From positions 3,785 to 67,784 of the forward strand of contig CP064958.1 of assembly GCA_016699085.1 (NCBI GenBank): a stretch of 64,000 nt of DNA. The letters are read 5' to 3'. Source of the stretch: Candidatus Nomurabacteria bacterium (GTDB lineage Bacteria; Patescibacteriota; Minisyncoccia; Phycocordibacterales; UBA9973). The translations under genes were made by a program, and so were the position numbers. Positions within the stretch are counted from its first letter, which is position 1. Each line of letters begins with the position of its first letter. Shown here piece by piece: positions 56,897-64,000 of this stretch. A model generated the notes under the pieces. That model saw only the letters and a program-made list of their open reading frames with translations, was not told the origin of the DNA and ran no database searches.

Positions 56897-56924
56897 TTGA
56901 CTTTTTGATAATTCACTATATAAT
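56897..56924 (+). promoter_or_regulatory. Sigma-70-type promoter P1 (TTGACT-N16-TATAAT)
   Basis: tattTGACTttttgataattcactaTATAAT 15 nt upstream of ATG 56940. Confidence 0.6.
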
Positions 56925-56939
56925 CCAGAAAACGACAAA

Positions 56940-57383
56940 ATGAAAAATAGAGTACTCCCCGCAAGGCCATACAGACCAGACACACTCGGATCTATGGGCA
57001 AGGCCAGCAGCATGATCGTAAGGCAATACCAATTCCCCCATGAATACCAAGAGCATGAAAAGCTCGTATTTACAGATCATGATCGGTGCATACAAGCCAA
57101 CTACGATCAAGCAATGGCATGTATCAGAAAGCATACACAAAGAGGAGATTTAGGATTAGAATCTTGGTTCTTAAAATCCAACGATGAGAAGATACTGACT
57201 TTCCTAATAGAATTTCTCGATGTCAAAGATGGAACAATGTGGACAGGATACCGCATCAGAGGATCAGTTAATCAAAGCGATGGTGGTGCAATCTGGAGTT
57301 TGGAACTTTTTGCAAAAGCACCAGGCAGTAGCACAGCGGTATATACAGGCACAAAAGACGTACCAAATGTATATGACTATTAA
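56940..57383 (+). CDS. Hypothetical protein
   Basis: 147 aa. Confidence 0.5.
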   Translation: MKNRVLPARPYRPDTLGSMGKASSMIVRQYQFPHEYQEHEKLVFTDHDRCIQANYDQAMACIRKHTQRGDLGLESWFLKSNDEKILTFLIEFLDVKDGTMWTGYRIRGSVNQSDGGAIWSLELFAKAPGSSTAVYTGTKDVPNVYDY

Positions 57384-57404
57384 TTAAAAATGTGCACAAC
57401 AAAA

Positions 57405-57432
57405 ACAGCTCTCCCAGAGCTGTTTATTTTTT
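57405..57432 (+). terminator. Rho-independent terminator
   Basis: acagctct-ccc-agagctgt + T-run. Confidence 0.65.
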
Positions 57433-57479
57433 ACTTTACTCGTATGTGCCAATGTGTTACTCTTGGCAAAATTACGTAC

Positions 57480-57794
57480 ATGGAACAAGCAACCACGAAA
57501 AATACTAGTCAGAAAAAATTTACTTTTTTCGAGAGTTTACTATTACCTTTTTGGAAACGAGATGCTTACAAAAAAGCCAAGGAACTAATCACTACTCCCA
57601 ACACGAAGCAAATTGACATAATCCGAGCAATTAGAAAACTTTCTGATTACCACATATATGACAAAAAAGGCAATGTGGTAGGAAATCCCTACTACATAGA
57701 GAAAGTTATGGATGTAGTTGAGGAACACAGATATGATGTATTGGATCGAATAGCGAGAAACAATCTTGCTGAATTCGAAACAGATTTTGCTTAA
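57480..57794 (+). CDS. Hypothetical protein
   Basis: Start taken at MEQATTKN after terminator; track start 57390 lies inside the terminator. Confidence 0.45.
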   Translation: MEQATTKNTSQKKFTFFESLLLPFWKRDAYKKAKELITTPNTKQIDIIRAIRKLSDYHIYDKKGNVVGNPYYIEKVMDVVEEHRYDVLDRIARNNLAEFETDFA

Positions 57795-57838
57795 TGCACT
57801 GCATACAATGCAAGTACAATCTTATTCGAAATCTACAG

Positions 57839-57867
57839 AACGCTGACCATATGGGCAGCGTTTTTTA
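57839..57867 (+). terminator. Rho-independent terminator
   Basis: aacgctg-accatatggg-cagcgtt + tttttt. Confidence 0.65.
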
Positions 57868-57889
57868 TCTTGCCATTTATTTGAGTATA

Positions 57890-57917
57890 TTGACTTTTTG
57901 ATAATTCTATATATAAT
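57890..57917 (+). promoter_or_regulatory. Sigma-70-type promoter P2 (TTGACT-N16-TATAAT), near-identical to P1
   Basis: tatatTGACTttttgataattctataTATAAT. Confidence 0.6.
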
Positions 57918-57932
57918 ATAGAAAAATAAAAA

Positions 57933-58238
57933 ATGTTCGACTGTTCTAAGAATATATACAAAAAGTTAACAATTACACTTTTCAACGGTGTGGAAATATC
58001 TGGCTATATCGGAAAATCTTCCAAAGATAGCGCATTTTTACCGCGAGTATTTCAGACATACCTAAAGGAAAAATTTGGCGTACTAGAACATGAGTGCACA
58101 GCAATGATCATTGCTGGTGACCCAATAAAGATGAGAGTGTTCCCCGAGCGGACACCATGGGCATGGCGTAGAATGGCGGAAAAGGCTGCCAAGAAAGTCA
58201 AGTGGGAACAACTCCCCAAGGTATTTGATTCCAACTAA
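57933..58238 (+). CDS. Hypothetical protein
   Basis: 101 aa. Confidence 0.5.
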   Translation: MFDCSKNIYKKLTITLFNGVEISGYIGKSSKDSAFLPRVFQTYLKEKFGVLEHECTAMIIAGDPIKMRVFPERTPWAWRRMAEKAAKKVKWEQLPKVFDSN

Positions 58239-58283
58239 GATTTTATTTAACGAAACCGACCTACTGACAAAACAGTACGGTCA

Positions 58284-58350
58284 CGTGGGAGCCAAAGGAG
58301 GCTCCCACAATATGGATAATCCTTACCGAAATTTGGTAAGGATTTTTTAT
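58284..58350 (+). terminator. Tandem hairpin terminator
   Basis: gtgggagcc-aaaggag-gctcccac and ataatccttacc-gaaatttg-gtaaggatt + T-run. Confidence 0.6.
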
Positions 58351-58394
58351 TTTCCTACTTCCCTACTTTTGACTTTCAACTTTATTTGAAGATA

Positions 58395-58423
58395 TTGACT
58401 TTTAATAAAATAAATGTTAATAT
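58395..58423 (+). promoter_or_regulatory. Sigma-70-type promoter P3 (TTGACT-N17-TAATAT)
   Basis: gatatTGACTtttaataaaataaatgtTAATAT. Confidence 0.55.
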
Positions 58424-58443
58424 ATACAAAAAAGAAAACTGTT

Positions 58444-58935
58444 ATGAAAATACACTTCCCGATTACTTCTGCTGAATTTGTTGTTTTACATGCACAAATG
58501 AAACAAAAAAGAGGGAGAAATCCTTCGCTTAGTTTTGCAGGAATCAAAAATCCAAAGAGAGCGCTACAGTTTGCAAAATCGGTTGCATCTTTCAATACAA
58601 AACCTGCAGCCCCTCCTCCTGGAGATAAGGTGATCATACTGCCGAACCAAGAAGAGATGCTCGAACGCCTCATGGCAGTTGATGACAACCCGCATACCGT
58701 GCGGGAGTTCTATCCAAAACTACTCAAGTACGCAGGACAGAGAAAAGTTGCCGCGGGCATAGTCATGATGGCTGAACTTGCTTTGTTTGACTACACGAAA
58801 GGCATGCCTGACTTCATGTTTTCAGTAATGAATATGAGGATGCCTGAATACATAGACGCTCTTACCGATGACAAAGTAGTCGCAACTGAAGCTAAGAAAA
58901 TTCTTAAAGAGGCATTAGTAGCCACAACTGCATGA
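58444..58935 (+). CDS. Hypothetical protein
   Basis: Start taken at MKIHFP downstream of P3; track start 58414 lies inside the -10 element. Confidence 0.5.
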   Translation: MKIHFPITSAEFVVLHAQMKQKRGRNPSLSFAGIKNPKRALQFAKSVASFNTKPAAPPPGDKVIILPNQEEMLERLMAVDDNPHTVREFYPKLLKYAGQRKVAAGIVMMAELALFDYTKGMPDFMFSVMNMRMPEYIDALTDDKVVATEAKKILKEALVATTA

Positions 58936-58963
58936 TCCGTTTGAAAGTCTGTTAATTCACAAA

Positions 58964-58992
58964 ACGCTGTACCTTATGGTCAGCGTTTTTTA
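58964..58992. terminator. Terminator shared by convergent genes
   Basis: acgctg-taccttatggt-cagcgt + T-run. Confidence 0.6.
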
Positions 58993-61900
58993 TTTTTCTA
59001 CTTCCTTCTTTTTGAACCATCTCTTCACTTGTAACTTTTTACTTGTCACTAGTAGATACCCTACACAACCAAGCAGTGTTACCCCCGAGATTAGCACTCC
59101 AATCAAAAAATATTTTTGTGGTTTATATTCTAAAACAATATTTACTAATCCCGTATCTTCGATCCAAAATCCATTAATTGTAGAATAGATTTGCTCAGAT
59201 TTATATATATTTTTATCTATAGTAGCGACCCAGGAAGGATCAAAGCTCTCAGTAAATGAAAGGAGGAACGGTTTATTTGTTTCAATTATAAGTTTGTATT
59301 TTGTTGGGCCTATTTTTTTTACTTCTATAATATTTGTTTCAGAGTCATTTAATGTTTCTAATAATTTAGAGGTTGCCTTATTGGATTCATTTAAATTAAT
59401 AACTTTAAATTTATCTAGTATTTGATTATAAAATTCATTCTCACTATTAAATTCTGCTTCGGTTGCAAATAACACCTCCCCGATTGCATTGAAACCCATA
59501 TTATTTTTAATTCCAAACAAATGCTCACCTTTATCTAATTCGAAAGGGATTTTCTGTGACCAGGAAAAATTATTCGAGTAATCTTTAGTTTGTATTGTTG
59601 TTAAATAATTATCATCAATATAGACATCGAAATTACCTCCATTTTCGTTTTTTAGATATTTAATAAAAAATAAGTAACTTTCATCCTTATCTAAAACAAA
59701 AGGTAATTGCATCATATTTGGTTCACGATATTCATTTAGATTGTATAAGGAAAAATCCTTCATCTCAATTTTAACTGAAGAAGTGATATCAATATCATCT
59801 TCATACCAAATTTGAATTTGTATAAAAGATGTATCTACATTTGTTGGAGTAATATAAATTGATTGTTTTTCCCAGTTAGATGTTCCATTTTCTATAAATT
59901 TTGCAATTTCTCCAAATTCACTACCTATATGTGTTTCATTAGCGTCATATTCAAATAATTTTACATGCACAGAAGAGGCATTCGAAGTTTTTATACTGAA
60001 ATTAAATTTTGAGTATTCATTATATTGCATCGGAATCAAGGGAGATTTAATTGTTTTCCATCCTTGTGATGGAGCCTCAAGTTTGACTATAAATCCTCCA
60101 TTAATTTCATTCATGTACAACTTTTGCTCCTTAGTTAAATTAGTTTCCCATCCTATAGATATATCTTCTGAATCTTTAACAGACAGAAATTTAGTGTCGT
60201 TTGATAAATTAAATTTTGGTAATATCGACGGAGCACTTGTGTAAAAAAAACCTTTTCTATTTGTAAAATCAGTATAATCAATCCAAAGATCTTTTTGCTG
60301 GTTTTTTAAAATAGTTAACCACGATCCAATCTTTTGTGTAAACTTCCAACCAATTACTTTATCAATACTGTCTGGTGGCAACACAACATCTATTGTTGAT
60401 AAAGGTGAAAAGATTTTTTTATTCATCAATAAATCTTCTTTATCGAAAGTATCTATAAACTGAAATTGATTATCACCGTGTAGATTTTTAACATATGGGC
60501 AGTTAATATTGTCAGGTATTAAAATTTGATTAGAAAAAATTGTGCAGTTATTGACAGTAAATAGATCAGCAGTTATGCCGTTTAGTTTAAAAAGATACCA
60601 ACCATCCTTTTCATAAATTAAAGACATATTTTTCTTCATACTATCGAGAGCTTCATTATCGATAGAATAATATCTATCGTTATGGAAAACTACATAACCC
60701 ACGCCAAGAACTGACAGGTAGTTATAATAATCATTTCTATTAAAAAGATTCGCTGCATACGGGATATCATATAAATTTTCAACAATATAATTGTAATTCC
60801 AATTTGTATTGTATGTAGGATTAATTGATGATTTCATGTCAAATGGTCCGATCATGTGACCTTCACTCCACGAAGTTTTAATTTCTCCATACCTTGGATA
60901 CCAAAGGACCTTGTATGAGTCTGGCTTTTCCTTAAGTAAGTCTGTGATTTCATAATAAGGACTAGGAATTTTTATTGGATTCATAGAATTAATATTCGAA
61001 TCAATGATCCCGAATATACTAGATCCAATTATAATTAGACTAAAAATAACACCTAAAAAAGTATTTGCTCTAATATTTACTAACTTTACAAATTTATACT
61101 TATAAAGGAGGGAGTTAGCACTTAGGGCAAATAATATACTTAGGAAAAAAACTTGATACAACTGAAATTTCAACGGAGATCTAAAAATCCATCCTATTGG
61201 GGTCGAATCAATGAACCACCAATAAAAACCCCCTGCTAAAGATTTTTGGCCAAAGGCTAGTAAAGTACAAACTAAAAAACCAATTGAGGCGAACCAGATT
61301 ATTTTATTTTGTTTTTTAAAATAAAGTATGAAGAAACTCAAAAATAACACACCATATAAAGAAAAATTATGAATTACTTTATATAATGCATTGTCAGGAG
61401 TAGTTTTTATATACGTAAATCTATCCCTTTCAGTAACCAATATTCTAGCTAAGTTATTATCAGACACTATTTCGAATGTATTTTTTTCAACATTAGATGA
61501 ATGACCTAAATCGACACTATTTTTCAATCCGGATGATATATACGGTAAAATAAACCAAAGAAAGAGTGCCCCGAATAAAATTGCGATTAAACTAAAATTC
61601 CTAAATTCACGAATTATATTGGATTTCAAGACTAACACAGAGAATACAAAAGAAACGATCAAATTCATTATTAAAATAAAAGGATGACCAACTGAAAGTA
61701 ATAGAGTCAAAGCAAATAAAATAATAAATTTTTTGTAATTTTTTTCTGAGTATCTAAGAATCAAAAATAGCAAAAGTGGAAGTACCCCAAGTGAAAGAAT
61801 AAGCGATATTTCCCAGAAAAATTGAAGAGGTGTGGGGCTATATGCAAAAAAAAGTGAACCCAGTATTAGAGGAACAAAAGAAAAATTTGAATATTTAATT

Positions 61901-62238
61901 TTTAACCTATTAAACAATTCTTTAAGGAAAATAAACATGAAAAAACTAACACAGGCATAGGTGATTAAAGGCATTAATTTAAGAATAACTTCTACATTTA
62001 AGCCCAAATAAGCCATAAGTATATACGGCAATCTTGGAACAAGTCTAATTAACTGCTCAAGATTTGATTGAGATGTTAAATCATTCCAAAGTGGGAAATG
62101 ATATCTTATGAAACTCTCTTTAAAAATTGGGAAATTAAAATCCCTTTGAATAATTACACCGTTTTGTAGAAAAAGATAACCAAAAACTAAGATTGCGATC
62201 AGAGTAAATAAAAAAAAGTAATTTCTATTTTTAAACAT
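58990..62238 (-). CDS. Very large polytopic membrane protein with big extracytoplasmic domain (YfhO/GT-C-like?)
   Basis: 1082 aa, about 12 N-terminal TM helices, C-terminal TM; adjacent to polysaccharide-modifying genes. Confidence 0.6.
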   Translation of the reverse strand: MFKNRNYFFLFTLIAILVFGYLFLQNGVIIQRDFNFPIFKESFIRYHFPLWNDLTSQSNLEQLIRLVPRLPYILMAYLGLNVEVILKLMPLITYACVSFFMFIFLKELFNRLKIKYSNFSFVPLILGSLFFAYSPTPLQFFWEISLILSLGVLPLLLFLILRYSEKNYKKFIILFALTLLLSVGHPFILIMNLIVSFVFSVLVLKSNIIREFRNFSLIAILFGALFLWFILPYISSGLKNSVDLGHSSNVEKNTFEIVSDNNLARILVTERDRFTYIKTTPDNALYKVIHNFSLYGVLFLSFFILYFKKQNKIIWFASIGFLVCTLLAFGQKSLAGGFYWWFIDSTPIGWIFRSPLKFQLYQVFFLSILFALSANSLLYKYKFVKLVNIRANTFLGVIFSLIIIGSSIFGIIDSNINSMNPIKIPSPYYEITDLLKEKPDSYKVLWYPRYGEIKTSWSEGHMIGPFDMKSSINPTYNTNWNYNYIVENLYDIPYAANLFNRNDYYNYLSVLGVGYVVFHNDRYYSIDNEALDSMKKNMSLIYEKDGWYLFKLNGITADLFTVNNCTIFSNQILIPDNINCPYVKNLHGDNQFQFIDTFDKEDLLMNKKIFSPLSTIDVVLPPDSIDKVIGWKFTQKIGSWLTILKNQQKDLWIDYTDFTNRKGFFYTSAPSILPKFNLSNDTKFLSVKDSEDISIGWETNLTKEQKLYMNEINGGFIVKLEAPSQGWKTIKSPLIPMQYNEYSKFNFSIKTSNASSVHVKLFEYDANETHIGSEFGEIAKFIENGTSNWEKQSIYITPTNVDTSFIQIQIWYEDDIDITSSVKIEMKDFSLYNLNEYREPNMMQLPFVLDKDESYLFFIKYLKNENGGNFDVYIDDNYLTTIQTKDYSNNFSWSQKIPFELDKGEHLFGIKNNMGFNAIGEVLFATEAEFNSENEFYNQILDKFKVINLNESNKATSKLLETLNDSETNIIEVKKIGPTKYKLIIETNKPFLLSFTESFDPSWVATIDKNIYKSEQIYSTINGFWIEDTGLVNIVLEYKPQKYFLIGVLISGVTLLGCVGYLLVTSKKLQVKRWFKKKEVEK

Positions 62239-62241
62239 ACA

Positions 62242-63297
62242 TTATAACATTATCAATTTATTGTTAGTTATTAGAAATGTTTCTATATCAACTAACTTAA
62301 GAGTTTTTATATACACAGGCTCTATATTCAAACTATGGAGCAATTCTGTATTTTTATTATCGTATGATAATGGAAGGAAAGGAATTCCACTTAGATAAGC
62401 GATAATTTCTGCATGGAATTGTGGTGCAATAAGAGTAATATTCGTTGAATATTTTTTAAAAAATAGATACACAGAGACAGGATTATACTGGAAATCAGTT
62501 ATTGTCTGAACGTTTGAAAGTTTTGTTTTTAGATTTGAAATATAACTATATCCTTCTGGATCAATGTCTTTTGGTTCAAATATGCTTAAAATGAATCGCT
62601 GATTTTGGTATTTTTCGATTACTTCAGTTATAAGTTTCGTATAATCATTTGCGTGCTTTCCAGTAAATCTTCTAAAGCAAACCACCATCACAGGTTGTTC
62701 TATTCTTATATCTTGCTCGATTCTAGCTACATCTTCAGTATATTTGTTTAAATTGATCTCAGATAAATAAAAAGCCATATCTCTCTCGATAGAAACTTTC
62801 TTATTAAACCGTCTGAAATTTTTATAACTTTCTTCATCCCGTGCGTATATATGACTCGCACCAACGGACGCTAGGAAGGCACCTATGTGACCTAAAAATG
62901 TTGTTGATTTATAGTAGCCAACTCCAAAAAAGTAAACTTTCTTGAATAGAAAAAATCTGCAGAAAAATATTATAAAACTAAAAATAAAAACTTTTAATCC
63001 GAAATCTAGCCCCCAAAGTCCTCCCCCACCTACAACAATATTTTTTGAATTGAAAAAACTCTTTAGAACTTTATATTTTTCTTTTAGATGTATAGCTATA
63101 AAGCCAAAATCTTTATGGTAAATTGTAAATCGTTTTAAATTGAAATAAAGAATCTTAATTTTCTTATACCCTGCTTCAAAAAAGAGATTTTGCATAATCT
63201 CAAGTAATAATTCATCACCTAAATTACCCCCACCGTAATATCCGATTAGAAAGGAGTTTTCTAGATTATTTTTTTTAATAAATTCTTTAATTTTCAT
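62242..63297 (-). CDS. Polysaccharide pyruvyl transferase family protein (CsaB-like)
   Basis: IGYYGGGNLGDELL N-terminal motif of PS_pyruv_trans family. Confidence 0.6.
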   Translation of the reverse strand: MKIKEFIKKNNLENSFLIGYYGGGNLGDELLLEIMQNLFFEAGYKKIKILYFNLKRFTIYHKDFGFIAIHLKEKYKVLKSFFNSKNIVVGGGGLWGLDFGLKVFIFSFIIFFCRFFLFKKVYFFGVGYYKSTTFLGHIGAFLASVGASHIYARDEESYKNFRRFNKKVSIERDMAFYLSEINLNKYTEDVARIEQDIRIEQPVMVVCFRRFTGKHANDYTKLITEVIEKYQNQRFILSIFEPKDIDPEGYSYISNLKTKLSNVQTITDFQYNPVSVYLFFKKYSTNITLIAPQFHAEIIAYLSGIPFLPLSYDNKNTELLHSLNIEPVYIKTLKLVDIETFLITNNKLIML

Positions 63298-63300
63298 AAG

Positions 63301-64000
63301 TTAGGATAGCAAAATCTTTTCAAAAGCCTGGGCGGCATTTGGGAAGGTAAACTGCTGACTGTGAGCCTTGGCTTGGTCTGCAAGTTTGGCGCAAAGTGCC
63401 TTATCTTCCAAAAGCTTAAGCACAGCTAGCGCGAGCGATTCTGGGGTGTTCTTTTGACTGAGAAGCCCTGTCGTACCGTCTATAATAGCGTCCCTGAAGC
63501 CCGCTACGTTATACGTTACACTAGGGGTTGCCATTGTGCCAGCCTCGATGATAACGAGCCCGTAGCCCTCTTTGACTGAGCAACTCGCGAGCACGTGCGC
63601 TTGAGCTAGGAGAATGTATTTTTCTTTATCATTTGCCCTACCAAAAAAGGTCGCTCCAAGGTCTAACTTTTGACTTTTAGACTTTAGACTTTCGACATAG
63701 ACTTCTTCACCAGGCCCTACGATCCATGTCTGGAGATTTGGGAGAACTTTTTTCACGAGCGCAGCCATATCGAGAAAGTCTTCGACACGTTTCATTTGGG
63801 TTAGTCGACCGATAAAAATAATAGTTGGTACCGCACTTTTCTCCATGAGTATAGGTTCAGGCATGACGATCGCTTCTGGCGTAATCGTTATATTTTTATT
63901 TGGTATACCTATCGATATGAGGTCACCCTTGGTCGAATCAGACACCGTGATAAATCTAGTTGTTCGATAAAGCTGCAGAAGCAGATACTCAGTCGCATAG
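63301..64000 (-). CDS. Glycosyltransferase family 4 (GT-B), C-terminal part; 5' end beyond window
   Basis: EGYGLVIIEAGTMATPSVTYNVAGFRDAIIDGTTGLL (EX7E region). Confidence 0.75.
   Translation of the reverse strand, partial: YATEYLLLQLYRTTRFITVSDSTKGDLISIGIPNKNITITPEAIVMPEPILMEKSAVPTIIFIGRLTQMKRVEDFLDMAALVKKVLPNLQTWIVGPGEEVYVESLKSKSQKLDLGATFFGRANDKEKYILLAQAHVLASCSVKEGYGLVIIEAGTMATPSVTYNVAGFRDAIIDGTTGLLSQKNTPESLALAVLKLLEDKALCAKLADQAKAHSQQFTFPNAAQAFEKILLS

Noticed and set aside
58414-58443. ORF-track start of gene 58414..58935
   Set aside because: This ATG lies inside the predicted -10 element of promoter P3; the next in-frame ATG (58444) downstream of the promoter is preferred.

Overview
The window is a low-GC, gene-dense bacterial chromosome segment. 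Its small proteins, sortase/LPXTG surface protein, mini-SMC and unusual domain fusions suggest Patescibacteria/CPR or a reduced Gram-positive-type genome; this lineage call is inference from gene content only. Layout:
- 1-2.1 kb: EF-Ts C-terminus (5' end outside window), tRNA-Thr(TGT) bracketed by split partial copies of itself, and rdgB.
- 2.1-10.6 kb: envelope and accessory genes on the minus strand (MGMT-like, sortase plus LPXTG surface protein, CAP-domain protein, DUF3298-like, CxxC thioredoxin-like, processive GT2).
- 10.6-15.1 kb: a cassette-like array of unrelated small genes (TspO, ArsR, DM13, APH-like kinase, gene fragments). Each is preceded by the same 35-bp motif (5 copies) carrying a TTTTGCAAAA palindrome; a second 125-bp repeat family (2 copies) is also present.
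- 15.1-23.2 kb: a type I R-M operon (half hsdS, hsdM, unknown 282-aa gene, hsdS, hsdR, YgjP-like hydrolase).
- 23.3-25.4 kb: small genes (DUF2200, LMW-PTP/ArsC-like, Nif3-fold).
- 25.5-35.4 kb: rpoD-dnaG and rpoC-rpoB.
- 35.6-50 kb: housekeeping genes (trmD, KH protein, rpsP, ClpP-like, RNase R, a Ldt/PBP/CapA triple fusion, NodB deacetylase, short SMC, rnc, NusB-Nudix fusion, rpmF, rnhB).
- 50-55.6 kb: membrane and secreted hypotheticals.
- 55.7-59 kb: a perfect 52-bp palindrome followed by a cluster of small genes, each a separate transcription unit with near-identical TTGACT-N16/17-TATAAT promoters and hairpin terminators, including a 33-aa hydrophobic peptide.
- 59-64 kb: envelope polysaccharide locus (giant membrane protein, pyruvyl transferase, partial GT4).
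No CRISPR array, rRNA, transposase or integrase was seen. ORF starts from the supplied track may be alternative (GTG/TTG) codons; several true starts lie downstream.
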